In this document: in pieces, positions 37,379 through 48,700 of the stretch
How the letters are laid out: every line of letters starts with the position of its first letter
Numbering within the stretch: the stretch's first letter is position 1
From: Alphaproteobacteria bacterium
GTDB taxonomy: Bacteria; Pseudomonadota; Alphaproteobacteria; Bin95
Assembly (NCBI GenBank): GCA_963665325.3
Contig: CAXXWS020000003.1
Coordinates: forward strand, 864,001 to 928,000
Direction of reading: 5' to 3'
Length of the DNA: 64,000 bases
The notes under the pieces: model-generated
The model's input: only the letters and a program-made list of their open reading frames with translations
Databases searched by the model: none
What the model was told of the DNA's origin: nothing
Made by a program: the position numbers and the translations under genes

Positions 37379-38530
37379 TCAGCTTCGCTGCTCGGAGATG
37401 TCCGACAATGACAGCACGAGCCGCACCAGTTCCGTCTGTCCCGAGATGTGGCGCTTGCGGAAGATCTGCTTGGTGTGCCAGCGGATCGTGCCCTCGCCCC
37501 GTTCCGTCCTGGCGGCGATGTCGGCGATGCTGTAGCCCTGCGCCAGCAATACGGCGACACGGCTTTCCGCCGGCGTGAGGCCGAGCATGGCGCCGACCGT
37601 TCCCGGATCGATCCGTTCCCGGCTCGCCGGGTCGATCGCCAGCACGAGCGCGGCGGTCCGGCTGGTGCGCGCATCGACCCTTCCGCCGCTCACCGGGTGT
37701 ATGTGCAGCACGAGCCGGGGCGAGACGCGGGCGCGCTTCACCGTCATCGAGCCGCTCTCGCCCTGGCCCCCGAAGCGCGGCAGCGCACGGGCCAGCAACC
37801 TCTGGAGGGCGGTATCGTCCTCCTCTGAAGCAGCTTCCAGAAGACCGTCCCGGTCTGCCAGCGCGTCGCCCTTGCGCAGCAGATCGCGGGCCCGGTCGTT
37901 CGCCGCCACGATCCGTCCGCGCCGGTCCAGATGGATGACCCCGCAACGGGTGTTCTCGAGCAGCGCGGTCGCGGACGATCCCAGCGCCTGCGCATCGACC
38001 AGCGCCTGCCTGAGGCGCACGAACTGGCGCAGGTGGGGCAGGAAACGCCGGACCATCCGGACCCGGGCGCTCGACCAGCCGTCTCCGTCGACGGGGTCGG
38101 CGACGACCCACACGATGCGCGAGCCGCGCGGCCCGTCGAGCCGCACATTGAGGCTGTCCCGCGTGTGGGCGAGGGCCAATGCCTCATTGTAAACGGGCGA
38201 AGTCTTCCTCTCCTCGTCGCTAAAGAGGGAGCCAACATGCACCACTTGGCTGTCGGGCAGTTTCTGGATGCGCGGGAGACGTTCGTCGAGAGCGTGGTAG
38301 GTTCCGAAATACAGTTGCTCCAGATCCTCGCGGCGCTGCCCGCGAAAGCAGAACTGCGCGAAGAAGACTTCGATGTCGTCGCGGGAAACGCCGTCCCCGA
38401 ACACCAGGAAACTGCCCTTGGATGCGCAGGCTTCGTCGATCAGGCGCGATGTCTCCGGCCACAGCGTGTCGTCGAGCACGGCTTCGTGCAGCGCCCCCAG
38501 AATGCGTTCGAACAACTCCTGCCGGCTCAT
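37379..38530 (-). CDS. LuxR-type HTH regulator with GAF/PAS-like domains
   Basis: C-terminal GLTPAESRVAVLLAQG..TIRWHTKQIFRK..QTELVRL; PAS-like VIHLDRRGRIVAANDRA. Start at MSRQELFER. Confidence 0.88.
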   Translation of the reverse strand: MSRQELFERILGALHEAVLDDTLWPETSRLIDEACASKGSFLVFGDGVSRDDIEVFFAQFCFRGQRREDLEQLYFGTYHALDERLPRIQKLPDSQVVHVGSLFSDEERKTSPVYNEALALAHTRDSLNVRLDGPRGSRIVWVVADPVDGDGWSSARVRMVRRFLPHLRQFVRLRQALVDAQALGSSATALLENTRCGVIHLDRRGRIVAANDRARDLLRKGDALADRDGLLEAASEEDDTALQRLLARALPRFGGQGESGSMTVKRARVSPRLVLHIHPVSGGRVDARTSRTAALVLAIDPASRERIDPGTVGAMLGLTPAESRVAVLLAQGYSIADIAARTERGEGTIRWHTKQIFRKRHISGQTELVRLVLSLSDISEQRS

Positions 38531-38593
38531 CGAGGATTTGTCCCGGGCCGCAAGCCGCAGGACATGGCGCGTTCTTCGGATTGCTTCATGCGA

Positions 38594-38641
38594 ACAATTA
38601 TAATTGTCTATGCACCGGGTTTCTGCCTCCCAATTGGGAGG
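38594..38641 (-). promoter_or_regulatory. regulator's own promoter: CCTCCCAATTGGGAGG box + TATAAT
   Basis: Box at 38626-38641; perfect palindrome ACAATTATAATTGT at 38594-38607 containing TATAAT. Confidence 0.55.
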
Positions 38642-38756
38642 GAAGTCCGTATTTTCTAGAGCGGGCGGGATTGCGTTTGCGATCCGGTCGGGGGCGGCGT
38701 CGGGCGAAGCCCGGCCGGCGCTCACAATTCCGGACAAGCCCGCTGCCCGCCCGGTT

Positions 38757-38930
38757 TTCGACAAATTAATTTTCGTTTCCCTCCCGTCTGGGAGGCGCGC
38801 AGACATTTAAAAACGGCATAGGTTCCGCCCCTGTCGAGTGAACGGTATTCGCCGGTACGGGGGGTCGTATGAGGGGTCCGGGACGCTTTGTATTTTTCAA
38901 TTCCACGCCAGAACGGGAACCGGGAGCCGG
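38757..38930 (+). repeat. ~170-bp promoter/leader module, copy A (box at 38780-38795)
   Basis: CCTCCCGTCTGGGAGG..GGCATAGGTTCC..CTGTCGAGTGAACGG..GTATGAGGGGTCCGG. Confidence 0.88.
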
Positions 38931-40482
38931 GCGCTCCGTAACCCGGCGGTGGGTCCGGGCGTTTGCGGCCCCGGTCCTGGCGGCCGGGCTGTCGATGGCG
39001 TTGGCAGCGTTCTTCGCCACCGCTGCCCAAGCGCAGACGGTTGTAACGCTGGTCTCGAACACCGGCAAACAGAACCACGCGAACCACGGCCGGATGGAGC
39101 CGCTCGCGCAGCGTTTCGACACCGGGGCGGCACCCCTTGGGTACCTGCTCGAGTCGGTGGTGGCCCAGTACATAAACAGTGAGACCGGCAGCGTTTCGGC
39201 GAAGGTGTGTACGGTCACCGGCTCCGACCAGCCGACGTCCACATGCACGGACTTCACCGCGCCGTCGGCGCCTCAGGGCGGGAACAGAACCTTCACGGCC
39301 CCGGGGGACGGCATGGTTCTGGCGCCAAACACCAAATACACGGTGGTGCTGACGCCCGACGAGACCAACACGGACATCTATTACAGAGCGACCAAAGATA
39401 ATGGAGAGGATTTCGGAGGCCTTCCCGGTTGGAACATCGCGGGCGAATACCGTCTCTACAACGGGACCTCGTGGGTAAGTGACGACGATTCGCACGCACT
39501 CAAGATTCGTCTCAGGGGCAGCATTCGCATGATCAGCGTCGGCCCCAACGCCAACGCCACGGGGGCCCCGGCAATCACGGGCCCGGCGCAGGTGGGGCGC
39601 ACGCTGATGGCCGGCAAGGGCACGATCGACGACCCGGACGGGCTGACCGCGACCTTTCCGGGCGGCTACTTCTTCCAGTGGATCCGGGTGGACAGCTCGA
39701 ACAATGAGACGGACATCGCGGGGGCGACGTCGGACACCTACACGCCGGTCACGACCGACCTCAGCCACACGCTCAAGGTGAAGGTGCTCTTCTTCGATGA
39801 CGGCGACGAGGGGGAGGCGCGGACCAGCGCCGCGACCAATCCAGTGGTGCCGGACGCTGTGCCCTGCCCGGCGGTGTCGGTGTGGTGCACGGTGCTGACG
39901 TCGGGCACCCTTGCCGCGCTTGGCGGCGACCCCCCAACAGTCGGCTTCCGCGGAGGCGGCGCGTTCGGCGGTCTCGTCGACGACACCTTCACCTTCGGCG
40001 GGACGACCTACTCGGTCACCGAACTCACCAGTAACGGCGCTTCTGCCATCAATCTGAATACCGCCCCGCTCCTGCCCGCCGACGGCGGCGGGCTGACGCT
40101 GCACGTCCAGAAGTTCACGGGCACGCTCGATCTGGCGCTGGCCGATGCTTTCGGTTCGCCCCACACAGGAGCCAGTTGGAACTGGAACGGGGTGGTCGGC
40201 ACCGGCCCCGGCAACCCGGTGCTGCTGCGCATGTTCCGCCGGATCAACGAGCGCTACCAGGAGGGAACCGACCCCGGCACCCGCGTCACGGTGTGGCTGA
40301 GCGGGCAGCCGGGGGTGAGCTTCGAGGCGCCGGACTACTCGGCGTATGAGGCCGGCGAGGGAGCGGAGGTGACGGTGACGCTGACCCCCCCGCCGACCTC
40401 GCCGATGACGATCCGGATCACGGCGACCGGCCAGGACGGGGCGATGGCGGGGGACTGGACCATCAGCCAGTCGTGTTGTTAA
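38869..40482 (+). pseudogene. secreted adhesin-like protein truncated by IS21
   Basis: Long signal peptide (..AAQA/QT), LVSNTG domain, ATGAPAITG..FQWIRVD Ig-like domain, start of a Calx-beta domain. The stop codon is supplied by the IS21 end. Confidence 0.75.
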
Positions 40483-40588
40483 GCGTGGAAGATTGACCCC
40501 CTGTTGGGGGTTATCGGCGTCCAAAATTGACCCCCCATGGATTGTGTCCATGAACACGCCCTGTCGTTGGACGGACGGGGTGGGGGAG

Positions 40589-42103
40589 ATGCTGGTTGTG
40601 GAGACGATAGCGCGGATCCGTCGGGATCATCTGGTGAAGGGCGTTCCGATCAAGAAGCTGGCGCGGGATTTGAGGGTTTCGAAGAACACGATACGCAAGG
40701 TGGTTCGGGGCGATACGACCTCGCACAGCTATGAGCGCAAGATCCAGCCGATGCCGAAGCTTGGGCCTTGGGTGGCAGAGCTTGAGCGCCAGCTGGAGGC
40801 CAACGAGAAGAAGAAGCGCCGGGATCGCCTGTCCCTGCTGCAGATCCATGAGGACCTTGGCGAGCTGGGCTACAAGGGCGGCTATGACGCGGTCCGGCGC
40901 TACGCCAGGGCGTGGCGGCGCCGACGCCGTCTGTTATCGCCGTCGCAGGCCTATGTGCCGCTGATCTTCGATCCGGGCGAGGCCTACCAGTTCGACTGGA
41001 GCCACGAGTATGCGCGTCTGGCGGGAGCGACGACCAAGGTGAAGGCGGCGCACATGCGGCTGTGCCACAGCCGCATGTATCTGGTGCAGATCTTTCCCCG
41101 CGAGAGCCAGGAGATGGTCTTTGAGGCGCACGAGCGTGCCTTCCGCTTCTTCGGCGGGGTCTGCCGACGGGGCATCTACGACAACATGAAGACGGCGGTG
41201 AACACGATCTTCGTCGGCAAGGAGCGTGCCTACAACCGCCGCTTCCAGGAGATGTGCTCGCACCATCTGGTGGAGCCAGTGGCGTGCACGCCAGGGGCGG
41301 GCTGGGAGAAGGGGCAGGTTGAGAAGCAGGTGGGAGACCTTCGCGGGCGTCTGTTCGCGCGCAGCCCGCGGGGCCGCTCCTACACCGAGATCAACGAGTG
41401 GCTGATGGATCGGTGCATCGAGGAGGCCAGGAAGCAGCCGCATCCGACGATCGAGGGCAAGACGGTGTGGCAGGTATTCGAGGAGGAGCGGCCCTTCCTG
41501 ATGGCATACCGCGGTCCCTTCGACGGCTTCCATGCCAGCGAGGTGTCAGTCTCGAAGACCTGCCTGGTGCGCTTCGACAACAACCAGTACAGCGTCTCTG
41601 CCCGCGCGGTGGGACGGCCGGTGGACGTGCGGGCCTATGCCGAGCGGATCGTCATCCGCCAGGACGGCGAGATCGTCGCCGAGCATCCCCGGAGCTTCGG
41701 GCGCGGTCGGTTCGTCTACGATCCGTGGCATTACGTGCCGATCCTGACGAGGAAGCCCGGCGCACTGAGGAACGGCGCACCCTTCAAGGACTGGCAGTTG
41801 CCCAACGCGCTGGGCCGCCTGCGAACCCGGCTCGCCGGCCACGACGACGGCGACCGGCAGTTCGTCAAGATCCTCGCGGCGGTGCTGGAGGACGGGCTGG
41901 AGGCGGTCGAGGCGGCCTGCGCCGAGGCGCTCGCCTGCGGCGCCTGCAGCGCCGACGTCGTGCTCAACATCCTCGCCCGGCAGCGCCAGCCGGCACCGCC
42001 GGCAATCATCCCGACGCCCGAGGGCCTGAAGCTCCGCCACCAGCCGGTGGCCGACTGTCAGCGCTACGACAGCCTGAGGGAGGCCGGTCATGGAGCGTCA
42101 TGA
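40589..42103 (+). CDS. istA: IS21 transposase
   Basis: [26 protein letters not shown]. Confidence 0.95.
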   Translation: MLVVETIARIRRDHLVKGVPIKKLARDLRVSKNTIRKVVRGDTTSHSYERKIQPMPKLGPWVAELERQLEANEKKKRRDRLSLLQIHEDLGELGYKGGYDAVRRYARAWRRRRRLLSPSQAYVPLIFDPGEAYQFDWSHEYARLAGATTKVKAAHMRLCHSRMYLVQIFPRESQEMVFEAHERAFRFFGGVCRRGIYDNMKTAVNTIFVGKERAYNRRFQEMCSHHLVEPVACTPGAGWEKGQVEKQVGDLRGRLFARSPRGRSYTEINEWLMDRCIEEARKQPHPTIEGKTVWQVFEEERPFLMAYRGPFDGFHASEVSVSKTCLVRFDNNQYSVSARAVGRPVDVRAYAERIVIRQDGEIVAEHPRSFGRGRFVYDPWHYVPILTRKPGALRNGAPFKDWQLPNALGRLRTRLAGHDDGDRQFVKILAAVLEDGLEAVEAACAEALACGACSADVVLNILARQRQPAPPAIIPTPEGLKLRHQPVADCQRYDSLREAGHGAS

Positions 42104-42818
42104 TGTGCTGGAGATGATGACCCAGCTGAAGCTCGCAGGCATGCGAGCCGCCTATGACGACATCCTCGCCGACGGGCTCAAGCGCCGTCATCCGGTGCAG
42201 CAGATCATCGGTACGCTGCTGCAGGTCGAGATCGCCGACAAGAGGGCACGCTCGATCAAGTACCAGATGGCGTCCGCCAAGCTGCCCACGGCCAAGGAAC
42301 TGGCCGACTTCGACTTCGCCGGCTCGCCGGTCAACGAGCCCCTGATCCAGGAGCTCGCCGGCGGCGGCTTCCTCGAGGGCCAGCGCAACATCGTCCTGGT
42401 CGGCGGCACCGGCACCGGCAAGACCCATCTCGCCGTCGCCGTCGCGCGCTCCTGCATCCGCAAGGGCGCCCGTGGCCGCTGCTACAACGTCGTCGACCTG
42501 GTGAACCACCTCGAGGCCGAACTCCGTGCCGGGCGCCAGGGCCGCACCGCAGACCAGCTCGTCCGACGCGACTTCGTCATCCTCGACGAACTCGGCTACC
42601 TGCCCTTCGCCCAAGCCGGCGGACAGCTCCTCTTCCACCTCATGAGCCGGCTCTACGAGCGAACCTCGATCGTCATCACCACCAACCTCGCCTTCGGCGA
42701 GTGGCCGTCCGTCTTCGGCGATCCCAAGATGACCACGGCGTTGCTCGATCGTCTCACCCACCATTGCGAGATCATCGAGACCGGCAACGAGAGCTGGCGC
42801 TTCAAGAACCGCTCCTGA
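42090..42818 (+). CDS. istB: IS21 AAA+ helper ATPase
   Basis: [26 protein letters not shown]. Confidence 0.95.
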   Translation: MERHDVLEMMTQLKLAGMRAAYDDILADGLKRRHPVQQIIGTLLQVEIADKRARSIKYQMASAKLPTAKELADFDFAGSPVNEPLIQELAGGGFLEGQRNIVLVGGTGTGKTHLAVAVARSCIRKGARGRCYNVVDLVNHLEAELRAGRQGRTADQLVRRDFVILDELGYLPFAQAGGQLLFHLMSRLYERTSIVITTNLAFGEWPSVFGDPKMTTALLDRLTHHCEIIETGNESWRFKNRS

Positions 42819-43216
42819 CCCGCCGCCGGCCTCCCCTGCGGCCCGGTTGCCCCGGTGGGTCAACAGGGACCCCCCACGCGGCTTCGCTCCGCGTAGCGTG
42901 AGACGCTACACGAAGCCGCGCGGGTCCCCCCTATTGACTACCGGGACAACCTCCACCGTGCCTCTCAGGGGGTCAATTTTGCACGCCGATAGGGGGTCAT
43001 TATTGAAAGCCGATTGACATACGAGCACCGGAAAGCCTCCGGGTGCACGGAAAAGACCCGGAAATTCGAGGGGCGACAGCACCGGTTATCAGGCATCGGC
43101 TCAAGAAGTCGGCGACGGGAATTCCCCGGTTCGGGCGACGGGCGGGGTCGATGCCCGGGCTCACAACGGAATGACCGGGAGCGGCGGCGTTGCGGTGGAC
43201 AGAGGAGAGACTCGTG

Positions 43217-44788
43217 ATGAAGCTTTTGCTAGCGCTGGCTTGTACAGCGGTTCTGACAACGGCGGCCGCGGCGGCCGAGGAACCCAGGCGGGGCGGCACG
43301 CTGACATTCTCTTCCCGGATCATGGCCGGCCATTTCAATCCGACGATCGCCTCCGGCACCGCCACCGGCATCCCCGGCACGCAGCTGTTCGCGGCGCTGC
43401 TCCGGTTCGATGATGAGTGGAACCCCAAGCCCTATCTGGCGGAAAGCTGGGAGATCTCCGACGGCGGCCTCAAGGTGACCGTCAAGCTGCGCGACAATGC
43501 CCGCTTTCACGATGGCAAGCAGATCACGTCGGAGGATGTGAAATTCTCGATCGAGATCTACAGGCAATACCATCCCTTCAAGCCGATGTATGCGCCGGTG
43601 GAATCCATCGACACGCCGGACCCGCTGACCGCGGTGTTCAATCTGAGCGACCCGCACCCGGCGATCCTGCTGGCGTTCTCCTCGCAACTAGGCGTGGTCA
43701 TCCCCAAGCATGTGTACGGAAACACCGACAATATCCGCCAGCATCCGCAAAACAGCCAGAACGTGGTCGGCTCCGGCCCCTTCAAGCTGAAGGAGTTCAA
43801 GCCCGGCGAATACATCATCATGGAGCGCAACGAGGACTACTTCCTCGAGGGCAAGCCCTATATCGACCGGATCGTCTACAAGAAGATCTTCGAGACCACG
43901 AGCCGCGTAATCGCGCTTGAGAAGGGCGATGTCGATCTGACCGCCTTCGAGTCCGACGCGCCGTTCCTCGACCGCCTGAAGAAGAACGACCACCTGACGC
44001 TTACGCCGGACGGCTATTCGGCCATCGGCCCGCTGGAGTGGCTGGCCTTCAACACCAAGCGCAAGCCGTTCGACGACAAGCGCGTGCGCCAGGCCATCGC
44101 CTACGCCGTCGACAAGGAGTTCATCGTCAAGGTGCTTTACAGCGGCTATGCACAGCGCTCGCTCGGTCCGATCCATCCGGGCAGCGTGTTCGCGCCGAAG
44201 GACGTGAACCCGTATAGCTACGATGTCGACAAAGCCAAGGCGCTGCTCGACGAGGCCGGCTACAAGCCGGATGGAGACGGCATCCGCATCCGGACCACGC
44301 TGAATTACATTCCGGCCGGCGGCACCTGGAAACGCACTACCGAGTTCGTCAAGGCGCAACTCAAGAAGGTCGGCATCGACGTGACGATCAAGGCGTCGGC
44401 GGACTTCCGGGCTTGGATCAAGACGGTGTCCAACCACGAGTTCGACATGACGATGGACTCGGTCTTCAACTGGGGCGACCCGGTGATCGGCGTCCACCGC
44501 ACCTACCAGTCCACGAACATCCGCCCGGGCGTGCCGTGGCACAACACCCAGCAGTTCCAGAACGCCGAGGTCGATGCGGTCATGGAGAAGGCCGGCAAGG
44601 AACTGGACCGGGACAAGCGCGCGGCGCTCTACCAGGAGATGCAGAAGCTGGTCGTCGATGAGGCGCCCATCGCCTATCTGCACACCTCGCCCTACCACAC
44701 GGTCTTCAATCACGACCGCGTGGGCAACCCGCCCGTGGATTCCATCTGGGGCGTGTGCTCGCCTTGGGACGAGGTCTACATCAAGTAG
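43217..44788 (+). CDS. ABC transporter family-5 (peptide/nickel) substrate-binding protein, orphan
   Basis: Signal peptide; PYLAESW, LRDNARFHDG, VGSGPF, PFDDKRVRQA. No permease or ATPase genes nearby. Confidence 0.92.
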   Translation: MKLLLALACTAVLTTAAAAAEEPRRGGTLTFSSRIMAGHFNPTIASGTATGIPGTQLFAALLRFDDEWNPKPYLAESWEISDGGLKVTVKLRDNARFHDGKQITSEDVKFSIEIYRQYHPFKPMYAPVESIDTPDPLTAVFNLSDPHPAILLAFSSQLGVVIPKHVYGNTDNIRQHPQNSQNVVGSGPFKLKEFKPGEYIIMERNEDYFLEGKPYIDRIVYKKIFETTSRVIALEKGDVDLTAFESDAPFLDRLKKNDHLTLTPDGYSAIGPLEWLAFNTKRKPFDDKRVRQAIAYAVDKEFIVKVLYSGYAQRSLGPIHPGSVFAPKDVNPYSYDVDKAKALLDEAGYKPDGDGIRIRTTLNYIPAGGTWKRTTEFVKAQLKKVGIDVTIKASADFRAWIKTVSNHEFDMTMDSVFNWGDPVIGVHRTYQSTNIRPGVPWHNTQQFQNAEVDAVMEKAGKELDRDKRAALYQEMQKLVVDEAPIAYLHTSPYHTVFNHDRVGNPPVDSIWGVCSPWDEVYIK

Positions 44789-44899
44789 TGCAACCGGACG
44801 TTCGGCGTGAGCATGTGCCGAAGGTGATCCTGCGGATCGCCGAATGCGCGCCCGCCGGAAAGGACCTCATGACCCGGCTGATCGTCAACCTGCTGGCCG

Positions 44900-45149
44900 G
44901 GTATTCGCGATGATGCGGCGGGACTGGCGAGGATGGGCGGGGCTTGCGTTCGGGCTGGATGTGGAGGCGGCGCGGCGCGAGCCGATGACGGGCAATGCGG
45001 CGCCGGAGCACCGGCTCGGGTTCGGGCTCGGCTGGCGGCGCGAGGACGCCACGTTCGAGTTCCGTCTGAAAGGCTCGCGTCTGCAGCCGGTCAGCGGCAA
45101 CCGGGCGCCCGAGCGCCGCATCGGCCTCACCCTGACCGCGCGGTCGTGA
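44900..45149 (+). pseudogene. remnant C-terminus of an autotransporter-like beta-barrel
   Basis: Amphipathic strands FGLDVEAARRE..PEHRLGFGLGWR..PERRIGLTLTARS-stop; no credible start. Confidence 0.5.
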
Positions 45150-45275
45150 CCGGGCGGCGGCGGCCATAGCGGTTGTCGCGGGCGGCGCGGACCGCCGGCC
45201 GGATCGCCGGAACGAAGCGCCCGTCTGCCAGTGCAAACGCGCTCCGGGCGTACAAAAGTCCGCTACCAGCCCAAA

Positions 45276-45446
45276 TTCGACAAATTTATTTTCATTTCCC
45301 TCCCGTCTGGGAGGCGCGCCGGTATTCAAGAATGGCATAGGTTCCGCCCCTGTCGAGTGAACGGTATTCGCCGATACGGGGGGTCGTATGAGGGGTCCGG
45401 GGCGCTTCGCCTTATTTCATGCCGGGACGAAAACCGGAAGCCGGGC
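45276..45446 (+). repeat. ~170-bp promoter/leader module, copy B (box at 45299-45314)
   Basis: Highly similar to copy A. Confidence 0.88.
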
Positions 45447-45735
45447 CAGGCAGCCCGGTGAGCGCCGCGGTCGCGGCGGCCGGTCCGACGGTCCGGGCAG
45501 TTCGGCTTCGAACCGGCTTCCCGAAGTCTAGAAGGCCGACAGCAGCAATATCGCGGGTTGTTACCCGACATTCGAGACTATGGAAACAGCCCGCGTTTAC
45601 CAAATTCTAACGACACGAAACCTGACCTGAATTCAGGAAATAGCCAACTAACATCGGCACATAGACGTGCTTCCTACCTCCATATCGACAACGGTAAACA
45701 GGCAAATTCGAAGTGCATGTCATGCAAAGTAAAAC

Positions 45736-48700
45736 ATGAACAAAGCTCCTTCATATTTCCAACTATATCGCTTCGCAACGGGACTTTTGTGTCTTCTCGT
45801 TGCCATGCTCGCGTCGCCTGCAAATGCGCAAACCGAAGTGCCCAGCAACTGGCCGCTCAAGCCTTCCGGCCTGAATACGGGCGATCAGTTCCGGCTGCTG
45901 CTCGTGGTGGAGGAAACGAAGGACGCCACCGCAACCGACATCGCAACCTACGACAGCTTCGTCCAGACGGAAATCGACCAGAACGGCCACGTGTCCATTC
46001 GGGACTATTCCGGCGTTTTTAAGGTGCTGGGTTCGACGGCGACCGTCAACGCCAGGGATCACACGGGCACCAACACCTCGGGCGGCGTGCCCATCTACTG
46101 GCTGAATGGTTCCAAGATCGCCGACGACTACGACGACTTCTACGACGGCACCTGGACCAACAAGCCCTCGGCCAGATACGAGGACGGCAGTGCGGTCAAC
46201 CCAGCCAATTCCTTCCGAATCTGGACCGGATCGAACAACGACGGCACGACCTTTTTCCAGAACCCCAATAGCCCCAATACCTCCCGTGGCCTGGGAGGAG
46301 ACGGCAACAACGGGAAGACCCGAACGGCACGACCCACTGCGAATACCAACACCCTTAGCAGCGGCCAGCTAGACGCCATCTAGGAACACCCTCTCTTCGC
46401 CCTGTCCGGCGTCTTCGAAGTCGGCAGCGCCACCTCCGCCACCGTATCCAATATCGAGATCACATCCACCAATGGCGGCGACGGCGAATACGTGGCTGGC
46501 GACGTACTGGAATTCACCGTCACCTTCAGCGAAGCCGTCACCGTCACCGGCTCGCCGCAACTGGCGTTCGTCATTAACGACACGGGAGGATCGGACCCGG
46601 AAACGAGGCAGGCCGCGTACGACTCCGGCGCCAGCACCGGCACGGACCTGGTGTTCAGCTACACGATAACGAGCGGGGATTTCGACGAGGACGGCGTCGA
46701 GTTGCCGTCCGGCCCGATCGATCTCAACGGCGGAACCATTGTCTCGCAGGCATCGAGCGATAACGCGGACCTGGCGTTCGCGGGCTTCTCCGACCAGGCG
46801 GCGCACAAGATCCACGTTAAGCCAAAGCTCGTACCCTCGAGCGTCAGCGTGGTTTCCGACCCTGCGTCGGCGGCAAACGGGTATGCGACCGGCGAAACCA
46901 TCCGCATCGCCGTGACCTGGGACAAGAAGGTCCGGGCGGCAACCAATCCGGTGGGCACGAGCAGCGACCCGAACTACCTGCCCGGCGGCGCTTCGCAAGT
47001 CGAACTTAAGTTCGATTCCGACGACGACGGCCTTGCCGCCTACTCCGAGGCGAGCGACGACTATACGCTGCACTTCGACTATGTCGTCCAGCCCGGCGAC
47101 TGGGACGACGAGGGATTGGTGACCGACGACTACCTCATCCGCAACGGCGGCGCGATCACGCGCAAGGAAGTGGCCGACGGCGTCGCAAGATTCGTGCGGG
47201 CTGCCGAGACCGGCCTGGCCCTGCCGCAACAAACCGCGCACAAGGTCAACGTAAACCGGCCCAAATTCAGCAGCCTCGCCGTCACCTCCTCGCCGGCGGC
47301 GGGAGACACCTACGAGACCGGAGAAACCATCAAGGTTGACCTCACCTTCGACCAGACGGTGACCGTGGACGAAACCGGCGGCACGCCTCGGGTCAAGCTG
47401 GAATTGCAATCCGAGGGCGTTGGCGCCCCGGTCGAGCACTATTTCGATTATGCCAGCGGCAGCGGCACGGCGACGCTGGTGTTCGAATACGTGGTCCAGG
47501 CCGGGGACTCCGATGACAACGGCATCACGATCCCTGCTAAGGCGCTGAAACTCAACGGCGGCACGATACGCTCTGCCAACGGCACCGACCTGCATTTAGA
47601 GGGTGGCGTGCCGGACGGCGGCACCGATTACTCCGGCCACAAGGTCGACGGTGGCACCGTGGTCGCAGTGACCGTCTCCTTCGACGCCGCCACCTACACC
47701 GCCAGCGAGGAAGGCGCGGACGCCACCGTGACCGTGAACCTGAGCGCCGACCCGGAACGCGACGTCGTCATTCCCATCGTCGCGGAGGGTGCAAACGGCG
47801 GCAGGGCGAGTGACTTCTCGCTCACCTCCCAGAGCGTCACCATCGCCAGCGGTTCGACCTCCGGCACCTTCAGGGTCAGGGCGACCGACGACCAGATCGA
47901 CGACGACGGCGAGACCGTCGCGCTCAGCTTCGGCGGGTTGCCGGACGGCGTTACCGCCGGCACCCAGGCCACCGCAAGCGTCTCGATCACGGACGAGGAC
48001 ACACGCGGCGTGATCTACAGCAGCCAGTCCGTCCGCGTCCCCGAAGGGACTATTACGACTGCCGACGTGTTCACGATCAAGTTGGCCACGCAGCCGAGCA
48101 ACGACGTTCGCGTGACTTTCGCCGAGGACCCCGATCAACAACTCGACATACCCTCCCGCCTGAATTTCACTCCGAGCAACTGGGGCACGCCGCAGCCTGT
48201 AAGCGTAGTGTGGGCCGCCAACGCCAGCCCGGACGCGAATATCGTGATCACGCTCACGCCCGAGTTCCAAGGAAGCGATTACCGCAACCTGGTGACTCCG
48301 GCAACCGTGACGCTCACCATCTTCGATCGGAGCCGACCAAGCCTGGAGAGCGCGACGGTTAACGAAACCAGCCTCGTACTGACCTGGAACCAGGACCTCG
48401 ACGACACGTCCGTCCCCGCGCAGGGCGACTTCGAGGTGACGGTGGATGGCGCGGATGTCTCGGTCAGCAGCGTCTCGATCGGCGGCGCAAAGGTTACCCT
48501 GACGCTGGCGACCGCGGCGGTGATGGGGGATGAGGTCGAGGTTTCCTACACGGTCCCAACCACCAATCCCATCCAGGACGAGGACGAGAACAAGGCCAGG
48601 GCGCTGACCGACCGGGCCGTGACCAACAACTCGCCCGACACCACCGCGCCGAGCCTCAGTTCGGCGACCATCAACGGCGATATGCTGGTCCTCACGTACG

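Larger units (their letters stand above)
40474..43019 (+). mobile_element. IS21 family element
   Basis: TGT.../...ACA ends with internally repeated AAATTGACCCC motifs; istA-istB; no TSD visible. Confidence 0.9.

Noticed and set aside
38814-38828. Sigma-54 promoter (GG-N10-GC) in the repeated module
   Set aside because: Present in copies A and B, but the -12 GC is AT in copy C and the TTGC consensus is absent.
46381-46383. Pyrrolysine or recoded TAG
   Set aside because: No pyl genes in the window, and TAG terminates ordinary genes here (e.g. 14760, 17049, 25491, 44788).
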